A stretch of 64,000 nt of DNA from Candidatus Obscuribacteraceae bacterium (GTDB lineage Bacteria > Cyanobacteriota > Vampirovibrionia > Obscuribacterales > Obscuribacteraceae): the NCBI GenBank assembly GCA_044226015.1, contig JBGAHS010000003.1, positions 640,001 to 704,000 on the forward strand. Direction: 5' to 3'. Position 1 is the first letter of the stretch. Every line of letters starts with the position of its first letter. Shown in pieces: positions 1 to 9,169 of the stretch. The position numbers and the translations under genes are program-made. Under the pieces are notes generated by a model. It was not told where the DNA came from. It saw only the letters and a list, made by a program, of their open reading frames with translations, and ran no database searches.

Positions 1-5
1 GCTTC

Positions 6-599
6 TTGTTCACTTCAGGAAAAGCAGGCTGGGTAGGACTTACAGCAATTTCAGCAAGTGACAGCGCGCGTCCGTCAGATTCTTTTGGGCAGCAACTCGC
101 TGACACCACTCTTGGTGCAGCACGAGGACTTGCTACTAGAGCATTGTTCATGAAGATCAACGAGCAGAACTGGAACCCGGTCATGAAGGGCTGGACCTAT
201 GGCTTAGGAGATAGATTTATTGATAACAGCCTCAACAGTCGCTATTATCTAAACGGCGACGGCAAGGTAGACCTTGCCTCATTTAGAGATGGGGCTTTGA
301 CTGCACTTCATCACACAATTGGTGCACAAGCACTAGCGACTGATGCAGCGACTCTCAGTGTATCTGCATTACTCATTCCAATCGATAAGTACATGGGCGG
401 TGCTTACTTCAAGAATGTATTGGCACAGAAACTAACAATGGCTGGAGTTTCAGGATTGAGCGAAGGCTCACTAAAAGAGCTGAACCGTCAGCAGGACAGA
501 ATGAAAGGAATCGATTGGCAGAAAGTGGCTCAGAAAGGCGGAGAAAGAGCAATTTTAGACACACTTTCCGCCGTGCCAGGTTCGCATCTCTGGTACTAA
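6..599 (+). CDS. Hypothetical protein, probably 5'-truncated by the window edge
   Basis: Open frame from the window start to TAA at 599; no motif recognised. Confidence 0.6.
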   Translation: MFTSGKAGWVGLTAISASDSARPSDSFGQQLADTTLGAARGLATRALFMKINEQNWNPVMKGWTYGLGDRFIDNSLNSRYYLNGDGKVDLASFRDGALTALHHTIGAQALATDAATLSVSALLIPIDKYMGGAYFKNVLAQKLTMAGVSGLSEGSLKELNRQQDRMKGIDWQKVAQKGGERAILDTLSAVPGSHLWY

Positions 600-1015
600 A
601 AGAACTAGAAAGAACAACAGAGAAAGATCTGGGCCAATCCAAGGTTATCGCCTAAGCTACGCTGCATTCGCAAAGCAGCGCGAGGTGGACTGCTTTTTAA
701 CAGGGATTTATGTTACGGCAGAAGAATGCGCGTGGCTCACACTCTAGCTTGCGCAGCAAGATAATAAAAAAATTGTGCTTAACAAACAAAGATTGAGCTG
801 ACACTACTCAAACCAGATTTTGAGCCATGTTCGTTACTAGGCTCTGCTCGTCTCAAAGTTTCGTCCCAATATCCCCTGCAACTCCCAGCAAATAGAAAAA
901 GCAACGCATCCATTACTTATCTCGACAGCCAAATCTGGCAGTCCAGGAAAGATGCCTGCGTTTGCCGGACGAACTTTGAGACGAACCTTCATCAACCTAA
1001 AGCAAAGGAAATAAC

Positions 1016-2137
1016 ATGAGCAGCATTCGACTGATCGCCCCCACCGCTGGCTTCGGCGTCCAACTCCTTCAGAAAGAACTGGCGGCGAACGCCGGCAAGA
1101 ACGTCCTCGTCTCGCCGCTGAGCGTCAGCGTCGCGATGGCGATGGCCATGAACGGCGCGCGTGGGAAGACTCGCAAGCTGATCGCCTCTGGACTGCAACT
1201 GCCCGACTTTGGCAGCCTCGCGGCGACCAACCTTTCCTATGCCAATCTGCTGGCCGAACTCAACGACAAGGAAGCTCTCGGCGTCGACCTCGCCGTGGCC
1301 AACGCCATCTGGGCGAAGCAGGACTTCCCCTTCAACCCGCAGTTCATCGGCTCGGTGGCCGCGCAATTCAATGCGCAGATCAGCAACGCCGACTTCAGCG
1401 ACCCCGCCACGCTGGTGGCACTCAACCAGTGGGCGTCGGACAACACGAACAAGCGCATCACGAAGATTCTCGACGAAATCTCGCCCGAGAAAATTCTCTT
1501 CCTTCTGAATGCGGTCTACTTCAAGGGAGAATGGACGGTCAAGTTCGACAAGACGCTCACGAAGGACGAGGACTTCTTCGCGCCGTCGGGCACTCGCAAG
1601 CATCCGCTCATGCAGCGCCAGGGCAACATGGTCTGGACGCGCGGCAAGAACTACCAGGCGGTGAAGCTGCCGTTCGGCAAGAACGAGCGCACGAGCCTCT
1701 GCGTCTTCCTGCCGGCGCCTGGTGTCAGCGTCGAGTCGGTCGTCGCCGGCCTCAGCGCGAGCGAAATTCGCAATCTGGTCACGCTGGAGGAAGGCACCGA
1801 CGGCACGCTCTTCCTGCCCCGCTTCAAGCTCGACTATGACGTCTGCCTGAATGATTCGCTTCAGGCTCTCGGCATGGGCGATGCTTTCAACTCGGGCAGC
1901 GCCGACTTCTCGGCCATGGCGAGCGGTCCGATCTTCATCAGCGAGGTCAAGCACAAGACCTTCGCCAGCTTCGACGAGGAAGGCGGTGAAGCGGCAGCTG
2001 TGACTTCGGTCGGCGTCGGCATCGAGTGCGTTCCGGTCAGCTTCAACATGCGCTGCGACCGCCCCTTCGCGATCGCGCTGCAGGACAAGCAGACCGGAGC
2101 CCTGCTCTTCAGCGGCGTCGTCAACGACCCGCAGTAA
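1016..2137 (+). CDS. Serpin family serine protease inhibitor
   Basis: NVLVSPLS, LLNAVYFKGEW, LPRFKL, hinge DEEGGEAAAVT and C-terminal DRPF...LLFSG motifs; AAGGA RBS. Confidence 0.97.
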   Translation: MSSIRLIAPTAGFGVQLLQKELAANAGKNVLVSPLSVSVAMAMAMNGARGKTRKLIASGLQLPDFGSLAATNLSYANLLAELNDKEALGVDLAVANAIWAKQDFPFNPQFIGSVAAQFNAQISNADFSDPATLVALNQWASDNTNKRITKILDEISPEKILFLLNAVYFKGEWTVKFDKTLTKDEDFFAPSGTRKHPLMQRQGNMVWTRGKNYQAVKLPFGKNERTSLCVFLPAPGVSVESVVAGLSASEIRNLVTLEEGTDGTLFLPRFKLDYDVCLNDSLQALGMGDAFNSGSADFSAMASGPIFISEVKHKTFASFDEEGGEAAAVTSVGVGIECVPVSFNMRCDRPFAIALQDKQTGALLFSGVVNDPQ

Positions 2138-2181
2138 GGGCACAACTTGGGCACCGTAAAACTAAAGGCTGAGTAAGCCTG

Positions 2182-2222
2182 GCGCTGGTTGAGGATTCGT
2201 CCTCTTCCAGCGCTTTTTTTCT
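2182..2222 (+). terminator. Intrinsic terminator after the serpin
   Basis: GCGCTGG-TT-GAGGA-ttcg-TCCTC-TT-CCAGCGC stem followed by a T run. Confidence 0.75.
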
Positions 2223-2341
2223 TCTCTGAGCATTCTATTATATCCTATCGTATTAATCCAGAGAATTGTAAAGGCGAAAGAAGAAACAGGGAGGCAAGAT
2301 CCTGAGATCTTGCCTTCCCTTTTGTTCTTAGAGACGAGCTG

Positions 2342-2683
2342 CTAGAGCAGATCGCGCTCAACGCAAAGCTTCACCGCGGCTTCGTGCTCGGCAGCCTGCT
2401 GGCATGCTTCGCGAATCCAGTGGTGTGCACGCGCATAGATTTCGAGCCGATGCTTCTCGCTGCCCAGAGCTTCCTCGGTACGCGAAAGCATGATGCGCAG
2501 CGAATCGTTGCCGGAGTATTCCATGCGGAAACCCGACTCGTCGTTGAGCTGCTCGATGAGACTGGAGGCGAGTTCCGTATAGCGGCCTTCGACGCGAATT
2601 GCGAAGGGCAGCTTATAGACCCGTTCCAGGGGCGAGTGCTGGCTGAAGCTCAGCTCGGCACACTTATCCGTGTGAGCGTTCAT
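2342..2683 (-). CDS. Hypothetical protein (113 aa)
   Basis: AAAGGA RBS before ATG; no motif recognised. Confidence 0.6.
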   Translation of the reverse strand: MNAHTDKCAELSFSQHSPLERVYKLPFAIRVEGRYTELASSLIEQLNDESGFRMEYSGNDSLRIMLSRTEEALGSEKHRLEIYARAHHWIREACQQAAEHEAAVKLCVERDLL

Positions 2684-2775
2684 GTTGTATCCTTTCTTAC
2701 TTTTTCAACTGTGCTAGAGAAACACAGGTGGAAAAGGTGAGTCTCCTCACCTTTTCCGACTTGTGTCTCGAATCG

Positions 2776-2952
2776 CTAGCGAAGCAGGTATCCCATCAGG
2801 AAGAAGAGCCCAGTGATAACAGTTCCGCCAATCAGACCGGGAATTGCCGGCCAGCCAGTAGCCAGCAGAACAAAGCAGCTGAGCACCCAGAGGATGATGA
2901 GCCAGCCCAGGTTGATGGGGAGATCGTTTTTGTAGCCTTCCGGTTTGTTCAT
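2776..2952 (-). CDS. Small 2-TM membrane protein (58 aa, absent from the ORF track)
   Basis: Read by hand: MNKPEGYKNDLPINLGWLIILWVLSCFVLLATGWPAIPGLIGGTVITGLFFLMGYLLR*. Confidence 0.6.
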   Translation of the reverse strand: MNKPEGYKNDLPINLGWLIILWVLSCFVLLATGWPAIPGLIGGTVITGLFFLMGYLLR

Positions 2953-3026
2953 GAAAAATCCATTTGAATGTTGAAGTGAAGTTGAACGAGTGTTAGTAAC
3001 AAATAGAACCGATGAAAAAATTGACT

Positions 3027-3065
3027 AAAGAAAGAAGCGACTCCCCGAGCCGAAACTCGGGGAGT
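3027..3065 (-). terminator. Intrinsic terminator at the end of the lipid cluster
   Basis: ACTCCCCGAG...CTCGGGGAGT stem just after the 3071 stop, with a U-rich tail on the minus strand. Confidence 0.6.
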
Positions 3066-3070
3066 GCTCA

Positions 3071-4138
3071 TCAATAGCGTTTGGCGAGTTCCAGCAGCTC
3101 AGCAATCTTGAGCCGAACCTGATCGATAGCTTCGAGTTCATCGCTCGGCAAAGAGCCAACAGCGATGGGCTCACCCACGACGACAACGCCACCATAGATG
3201 GTGATTTGCGAATGCCGGTAGGCAGCAAGCGCAGCCTCGCGTTTGGCGACCACGTCAGCACGCTCGGACGGCGAAAGCGCGTCGAGGTCGAGCTTGAACA
3301 GTGGGTCCCAGTGACGCGGGTTGCGCATACCGAGGAACAACGAACGTGTCCGGTTGAAGAGCTTCTGACTCCAGTGCGCTTCTTTCGGGTCGCGCCTGTA
3401 GTGAATCGCCAGAGGAAGAATCGAGACGGGTTCGCCCGACTCTTGTGCAGCATCTCGTGCCACACGAATGGCTCCTGCGCGAAACTCTTCCTTCTTGAGC
3501 TGATTGTCCGGCATCAACGCCCCCTGCGGTGCAATCGCAAACGCGATGTCATCGCCAGGAAGCGAGAGCGTAAAGCAGCTCGCAAAGAAAGAAGCCAGCG
3601 CCAGCAGCTCGCTACCTATGCAGAACAGGAAGGTCGCGAGCCCGAAGCCGATGATGCCGAGCCAGGCGGCAACGGCGGTGCGCATGCGCAAACCGCACTT
3701 GCGCATGGCAAGCACTTTCACGGACGCGCTCTGACCAGCAGCCCGTTCGGCTTTGGTCTTGAACGTAACCGTGACGATTCCTATCCAAGCCGCCAGCACA
3801 CCGAAGAAACCAGTGAATTGAGCAGCGTCGCCCAGGGCACGGAAGTGGCGCCCGGTGGCCGACCGCACCATGGCGAAGTCGGCAGGAATCTGATGATTGG
3901 CGACAACGACGACGCGTCCCTTGCGAGGCGCATTTTCCTTGCCGACAACCTTGATGGGTCCGATGGTGAGGAAGCCGACCAGCCGAGCCGCCCCGCAATA
4001 CATGAGCTTTGCAAAGGCGCTCGTATCGGGAACGACGTGTCCGCTAGTCTGGAGCTTCCCGGCGTGATACCGCCAGTAGAAGTACCATACCAGCACCGCC
4101 AGAAGCAGTGCGGCAGGCACACAGAGAAGTGCGCTCAT
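3071..4138 (-). CDS. PlsC-like lysophospholipid acyltransferase with an internal TM hairpin
   Basis: NHQIPAD (HX4D), APQG (FPEG-like), FRAGA, ILPLAI, VVVGEPI; paralog of 14212..15270. Confidence 0.85.
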   Translation of the reverse strand: MSALLCVPAALLLAVLVWYFYWRYHAGKLQTSGHVVPDTSAFAKLMYCGAARLVGFLTIGPIKVVGKENAPRKGRVVVVANHQIPADFAMVRSATGRHFRALGDAAQFTGFFGVLAAWIGIVTVTFKTKAERAAGQSASVKVLAMRKCGLRMRTAVAAWLGIIGFGLATFLFCIGSELLALASFFASCFTLSLPGDDIAFAIAPQGALMPDNQLKKEEFRAGAIRVARDAAQESGEPVSILPLAIHYRRDPKEAHWSQKLFNRTRSLFLGMRNPRHWDPLFKLDLDALSPSERADVVAKREAALAAYRHSQITIYGGVVVVGEPIAVGSLPSDELEAIDQVRLKIAELLELAKRY

Positions 4139-4359
4139 TCTGTTTCTTCTTTCTCAATAAAATTTCTCCAGTTGAGAGAAGCGAGGACGGCATCGTGATG
4201 CCGTCCTGCATATTGCTGCCAGCTTTCGCCAGCGCGCACTCAAAGGCTAGCCCGTGTTAGAGGCCAGCAACAGGAATGCGCTCATTGCGCTGAGTCTTGA
4301 AACACTGCCCGAAAGGCGGAGAAGCTCCCCGCCTTTCCTCTTCGTGCAGTATTGATGCT

Positions 4360-4689
4360 TCAGCTCAGCCGGGCGAGGAGCGCGAAGAGGATCCGCTCGA
4401 TGGCCTTGATGCCGCCCACGATGAAGCCCCAGGCGACACCGACGAAGGGCACGCTGGCGACCACGCAGATGAGGCCGAAGAGATTGCCGCCGGCGACAAC
4501 CGCAGCAGTCGAGATGAAGCCCATCACGACCGCGGCAGCGACCACGCCCAGCGCGGTGAAGAAGAAGAAAGCCTCGGCGCTCCGGAACTTCCAGCGCTCG
4601 GCCAGGAAGTAGGCGACACGTCCGCTGGTGACAGCGGCGATGGCGACGGAGGCGACGATGAGGGCGAGACCGAAGATGTCGATATGCAT
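4360..4689 (-). CDS. Small 3-TM membrane protein, array family C
   Basis: Hydrophobic; C-terminus ERILFALLARLS shared with the other family C copies. Confidence 0.8.
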   Translation of the reverse strand: MHIDIFGLALIVASVAIAAVTSGRVAYFLAERWKFRSAEAFFFFTALGVVAAAVVMGFISTAAVVAGGNLFGLICVVASVPFVGVAWGFIVGGIKAIERILFALLARLS

Positions 4690-4729
4690 TGTCTGTATCC
4701 TTTCTTGTCGTATGGTCTAGCGCTGTCGA

Positions 4730-5206
4730 TCAGCGCTTGTCGCCGTTCCAGAGTTCGACCAGGAAATGCCCGAGCCCGTAGCAGGCGACGAAACCAGCAG
4801 CCGCGACGGTGCCGTTCGTCCAGTTCACGAGCGGGTTTCCGGTCGCCGTGAAGATCTGCATGCAGGCGGTGGCGAAGTAGCCCATCACGGTGAGAACCGC
4901 GACACCGGTGAAGATCTCGCCGGTGGACAGGCGCATCGAAGCCTTCTGCCGCATGTTCTTCAGCAGACGCAGGAGGAAGAAGAAGCTGCCGATGATGGCG
5001 GCGAAGAGCGTGCCGCCGAGGACGACCGGCATGATGGCCATGAAGATGCCGCCGATGTAGTTAAGGACGGCGAAGACGCCGACCACGGACGACGCACCGA
5101 CCAGCGCCAGGAAGGCGTTGGTCTTGTCGAGACCGACACGAATCACCTCGGGCTCCTTGCCGGGCTCGGGGTTGACGGCCGGGATGCTGTTGAGATCATT
5201 GCTCAT
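4730..5206 (-). CDS. 4-TM membrane protein, array family A (subtype A2)
   Basis: GGTLFAAIIGSFF, VMGYFATACMQ, GNPL..W motifs shared with 6501..6965. Confidence 0.85.
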   Translation of the reverse strand: MSNDLNSIPAVNPEPGKEPEVIRVGLDKTNAFLALVGASSVVGVFAVLNYIGGIFMAIMPVVLGGTLFAAIIGSFFFLLRLLKNMRQKASMRLSTGEIFTGVAVLTVMGYFATACMQIFTATGNPLVNWTNGTVAAAGFVACYGLGHFLVELWNGDKR

Positions 5207-5247
5207 TTAGAACCTCGTTCTGTTCGAGTATGGGGGGGGAGAGCTGC

Positions 5248-5568
5248 TCAGTCGAACTTGCGGATCAGCTGCGAAAGCACTCGCTCGAGCGCCAGGTTGC
5301 CGCAGATGACGAAGATCCAGCTGATTCCGATGAGCGGGATGCTTCCGAGCACCGAGACGATGCCGCCGATGATGCCCAGCTTGTCGATGGCAGCACCGGA
5401 GACGAAGAACATGATGATGGCGCCAAGGCAGCCGGAGACCAGGTAAGGGAAGGGATGCGAGCCCCCCCAGCGCAGATCGGCCAGGCGAATGTAGATCTGC
5501 CCGCTGCTGACGAAGCCGAGGAACATGGAGGAGATGAAGAGAAGTCCGAAGTATGCTTGCATATTCAT
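5248..5568 (-). CDS. Small 3-TM membrane protein, array family C
   Basis: Start moved to MNMQAY after an AGGAG RBS; C-terminus ERVLSQLIRKFD. Confidence 0.8.
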   Translation of the reverse strand: MNMQAYFGLLFISSMFLGFVSSGQIYIRLADLRWGGSHPFPYLVSGCLGAIIMFFVSGAAIDKLGIIGGIVSVLGSIPLIGISWIFVICGNLALERVLSQLIRKFD

Positions 5569-5587
5569 CACGAGTCTCCTTCTGTGT

Positions 5588-6055
5588 TCAGCGGCCGGAC
5601 TTGCTCTTGTCGCCGCTCTCATTGAAGAGCTGCTTGGCAAACTTGCCGCCAGCGAAGAGCATGCCGAAGAGAGCAGCCGAACCGACACCGTAGGTCCAGA
5701 GGCTGGACGGGTCGGCACCGGGCTGGAAAGTAGCGACACAGGCGGCGGCGAAGTAGCCGAGCACGCCGATGACAGCCAGGGCACGGTAACAGTCCGTGAT
5801 GGCGACCGACTTCTGCGCAGAGCGGCGAATGCGCTTGAGCATGAAGACGATGCTGATGAAGACGCTCATCAGAGCAGCGAAGAGCGTCACGCCGGCGACG
5901 TAGGGGAAGGCGCTGGTGGCGACGAAGCCGACCAGCTTGAAGAGGCTGTAGATGCTCAGGGCGATCGCAGCCAGCAGAGCGCCGGCGCCGAGGCTGAAGA
6001 GACGACCCTTGTCGCCATCGACCTGCTCGACCGGATTGGTGTTCTCATTGCTCAT
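5588..6055 (-). CDS. 4-TM membrane protein, array family A (subtype A1)
   Basis: Start MSNENTN after a GAGGT RBS; PYVAG.TLF, GYFAAACVATFQP.ADPS.LW shared with 7666..8196. Confidence 0.85.
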   Translation of the reverse strand: MSNENTNPVEQVDGDKGRLFSLGAGALLAAIALSIYSLFKLVGFVATSAFPYVAGVTLFAALMSVFISIVFMLKRIRRSAQKSVAITDCYRALAVIGVLGYFAAACVATFQPGADPSSLWTYGVGSAALFGMLFAGGKFAKQLFNESGDKSKSGR

Positions 6056-6141
6056 TGTGCTTACCTCTTTTCGAGTATGGGTTGCAGAATCAGGACCCGG
6101 GAGCAGAGTCTGTTCCCGGGACAGTTTCAGACCGCTGCGGC

Positions 6142-6471
6142 TCAGGAGAGCCGGGTCATCAGCCCGTTGAGAATACGGTTGATGCCCATGGTCATGCCGA
6201 TGGGGAAGGCCCAGATGAAGCCCGCCGCCGGAATCGAAGCAGCCATGACGACGAGCCCGCCGATGTAGCCGAAGTGAGCCAGGGCCGGCACGCAGATGTA
6301 GCCCATGATGGAAGCGCAGAGCACGGCGCCACCGACACAGAAGACGAAGCCGGTGAACGTGTTCGGCCAGTCGATGCCCATCTTCTTGCAGACGAAGTCG
6401 CCGATGCGCAGTCCGGTGACGCCAGCCAGAGCGACGGTGATCACGAGGATGCAGAGAGCATAGGAGCTCAT
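6142..6471 (-). CDS. Small 3-TM membrane protein, array family C
   Basis: Start MSSYAL after an AAGGA RBS; C-terminus NRILNGLMTRLS. Confidence 0.8.
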   Translation of the reverse strand: MSSYALCILVITVALAGVTGLRIGDFVCKKMGIDWPNTFTGFVFCVGGAVLCASIMGYICVPALAHFGYIGGLVVMAASIPAAGFIWAFPIGMTMGINRILNGLMTRLS

Positions 6472-6500
6472 GTGGTGTTTCCTTTTCTTCGAGATAAGGT

Positions 6501-6965
6501 TCAGGACTTGCTGCTGTTGCTGTCGTTCCAGAGCCCGGCGACGAAGCGCCCGAGCCCGAAGACAGTAGCGAAGCCGGCGCAGGCGATCGAGCCCGTGCAC
6601 CAAAGCGAGAGCGGGTTGCCACCGCTGCCGGTGAAGAGCTGCATGCAGGCCGTGGCGAAGTAGCCCATGACGGTGAAGACCGCCAGAGCCGTGAAGCCCT
6701 CCCAGAAGGAGAGACGCAGGCTGCTGCGCACGCGCATCAGCTTGAGCATCTTCATCAGGTAGAAGAAGCTGCCGACGATGGCAGCGAAGAGCGTCCCGCC
6801 GAGCAGGAAAGGCATCGCGCCAGCGAAGACGAGGCTCGCCTTCTGCAGGAAGTAGAAGCCCGTGCCAGCGCCAGCGGCACCGGCGGCGAAGAGCGCGATA
6901 TTGCTGAGCGTGACACCGCTGAGGTCGATGTTGATGTCGACCGGGTTCTTGGTCAGATTGCTCAT
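6501..6965 (-). CDS. 4-TM membrane protein, array family A (subtype A2)
   Basis: GGTLFAAIVGSFF, VMGYFATACMQ; GAGGA RBS. Confidence 0.85.
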   Translation of the reverse strand: MSNLTKNPVDINIDLSGVTLSNIALFAAGAAGAGTGFYFLQKASLVFAGAMPFLLGGTLFAAIVGSFFYLMKMLKLMRVRSSLRLSFWEGFTALAVFTVMGYFATACMQLFTGSGGNPLSLWCTGSIACAGFATVFGLGRFVAGLWNDSNSSKS

Positions 6966-6994
6966 GTGTACTTATCCTCTTTCTTGTGGGTTGC

Positions 6995-7333
6995 TCAGGA
7001 GAGCTTCTTGAGCAGATTTCCCAGAATCCGCTCGAGAGCCTTGTTGCCGCCGACCACCACGATCCAGCTGAAGCCGACCACGGGAATCGCCGCGAAGCAG
7101 GTGATGATGCCGAAGGGAATTCCTCCCACGTCGAGCGCCGCCTGCTGCACGAAGTAGATGATCAGCCCGGCGACAGCGCCGCCGAACAAGGTGAAGACGT
7201 CACGACCGTCCCCACGGATGCCCCAGCGATTCGCAAAGTTGCGCGCGAAGATGCCGCTGGAGACGCCGGCATAGATGACCGCCAGCATGGTGAGGAAGGT
7301 GGAGAACTCGAAGGGAAGCATGCTGTAGTGCAT
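6995..7333 (-). CDS. Small 3-TM membrane protein, array family C
   Basis: IPVVGFSWIVVVGGNKALERILGNLLKKLS matches the end of 5248..5568. Confidence 0.8.
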   Translation of the reverse strand: MHYSMLPFEFSTFLTMLAVIYAGVSSGIFARNFANRWGIRGDGRDVFTLFGGAVAGLIIYFVQQAALDVGGIPFGIITCFAAIPVVGFSWIVVVGGNKALERILGNLLKKLS

Positions 7334-7358
7334 TTGTCAGTTCCTTCTGCTTGAGCTT

Positions 7359-7640
7359 TCAGCTCGGGATGTCGATGTTGCGGAGAGCCTTGAGAGTCTC
7401 CCAGATGTGGCTGGCACCGATGCCAGCGAACAGCATGTAGAGACCCCAGACGGCGACTTGCAGCCACCCGTTGTCGGGAAGCAGGAAGGGCGTGAGCATA
7501 GCCGCGCCCACCATCGTGATGAGCACGAAGGCGACGCGAGCTTGCATCTGGTGATGCACCAGCCAGAGCCAGACGCGGTAGGCGCCGACGCCGACGATTG
7601 CCAGCAGAATGATGCTGATGATACCGAGAACGGCAGACAT
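7359..7640 (-). CDS. Small 3-TM membrane protein (93 aa)
   Basis: Start MSAVLG after an AAGGA RBS; three hydrophobic segments. Confidence 0.75.
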   Translation of the reverse strand: MSAVLGIISIILLAIVGVGAYRVWLWLVHHQMQARVAFVLITMVGAAMLTPFLLPDNGWLQVAVWGLYMLFAGIGASHIWETLKALRNIDIPS

Positions 7641-7665
7641 TAGGATTTCCTTTCGTCGTTCGAGC

Positions 7666-8196
7666 TCAGTTGGTCTTCGACTTCTTGGCCGAGCCCTCAT
7701 TGAAGAGCTGGCCAGCCCACTTGCCGCCGCCGAAGAGCATGCCGAAGAGGGCCGCCGTGCCGACACCGTAGCTCCAGAGCGTGGACGGGTCGGAAGCGGG
7801 CTGGAAGGTGGCGACGCAGGCGGCGGCGAAGAAGCCGAGCACCGAAATCACCGCCATCGCCGTGTAGCAGTCCCAGATGGCGAAGGTCTTCTGCGCCGAG
7901 CGGCGGAACTTCTTCAGCATCGTCACGATGCTGAGGAAGACGGTCATCAGCGTGACGAAGAGCGCCGCGCCGGCGACGTAGGGCGCCGCCGAGCTGATGA
8001 TGCCGCTGACGAGAGCGACGAGGCTGTAGCCGCTGAGGATGACGGCGGCCACGACCGCTCCGAGACCGAGCGAGAACATGCCCCCCTTGTTGCCGCTCTC
8101 CGTGGTCGGAGTCGGCGTCTCGGGAGCCTTGGGCGCATCGGGAGTCGGGGAGGTCGGGGCGACCGTTTCTCCGGGATTCTGATTGATGTCCGTCAT
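7666..8196 (-). CDS. 4-TM membrane protein, array family A (subtype A1), Pro/Thr-rich N-terminus
   Basis: Start MTDINQ after an AAGGA RBS; clear paralog of 5588..6055. Confidence 0.85.
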   Translation of the reverse strand: MTDINQNPGETVAPTSPTPDAPKAPETPTPTTESGNKGGMFSLGLGAVVAAVILSGYSLVALVSGIISSAAPYVAGAALFVTLMTVFLSIVTMLKKFRRSAQKTFAIWDCYTAMAVISVLGFFAAACVATFQPASDPSTLWSYGVGTAALFGMLFGGGKWAGQLFNEGSAKKSKTN

Positions 8197-8316
8197 TGAC
8201 GAAATCCTTCGTTGCGTTGAGCGTACTTCAGACGCTCTGTTGAAGCTTGTGCGGAGCCCCGGATGGACTCCGCACGGTTTGCCAGTAGCACTTGCCACCG
8301 TTTACGCATTACAACG

Positions 8317-8970
8317 CTAGATGCGCTCCCAGTTCATCGTCGGCGGCGTGAGCACACCGAGCGAGAGTCCGAACTTGAGAGCGTCGTCGACCCGCATATC
8401 GGTCTCGACGACAGCGCTTGTGGGAACGACGACGACGACACCGCTTGTCGGGTTCGGCATCATCGGCACATAGATGATGTAGCGCTTCACATCACCTTCG
8501 TGCGCGGGCGGAATTTCGTTGGTCACGAAGCCCATGGTTTTGAGCCCCGGAGTCCAGTCGAGGAACACGACCTTACGGAAGCGTGATTCGCCCCCTTGCT
8601 CGCCGAATGAATCCACGACATTGCGCGCCGATGAATAGATGAGGCGCAGGACCGGCGTTTTGTGAAGAACGCTGTCCACGAAATTCAGACCGATTTGTCC
8701 ATGCCGGAACGCAGCGAGCGCGCCGACAAGGCTCAAAAGAAGCAACGCCATGATGAGACTGACGCCTGGAATATGTCCTTCAGCCAGCGGTCCTTTCAAC
8801 CAGCTAGCCGGCAAGACGCGACGCACAAACTCGTCAGCGAAACTGCCGAAGGCAGCGTCAACGAGATTGTATGCGAAGTTCAGGACAACGATGCTCAAAA
8901 TCAGTGGCGCCAGGAAGAGCGCACCGCGAATGATGGCGGCACGCAATTTCTCAGCAAGATTTGTAGTCAT
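8317..8970 (-). CDS. DUF502 family membrane protein
   Basis: IPGVSL, PVLRLIYSS, GFVT, YVPMMPNPTSG, ALKFGLSLG motifs. Confidence 0.9.
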   Translation of the reverse strand: MTTNLAEKLRAAIIRGALFLAPLILSIVVLNFAYNLVDAAFGSFADEFVRRVLPASWLKGPLAEGHIPGVSLIMALLLLSLVGALAAFRHGQIGLNFVDSVLHKTPVLRLIYSSARNVVDSFGEQGGESRFRKVVFLDWTPGLKTMGFVTNEIPPAHEGDVKRYIIYVPMMPNPTSGVVVVVPTSAVVETDMRVDDALKFGLSLGVLTPPTMNWERI

Positions 8971-9169
8971 AGCTCGTTCCTTTCGGAAGAACCGACAAGG
9001 GGGGCGAGCGAACTCGCCTCCCTTGCGTTCTGGCGGGCGCGGTTTGCGCCTGCCAGTCCAGCGTGATAGAAGAACAAGCTTGCGCTTATTCTATCGAAGT
9101 AATTGATCAGGCGTGACCGTCAGGTTGCGTAAACCTGTCAACCACCCATGATGCTGATGCTGCGTCAGC

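Noticed and set aside
5588..6622. 344-aa ORF, and other upstream-extended starts in the track (7666..8298, 13023..14333, 25483, 30226, 59694..60581)
   Set aside because: The extensions overlap neighbouring genes or hairpins; RBS position and paralog alignment support the shorter starts
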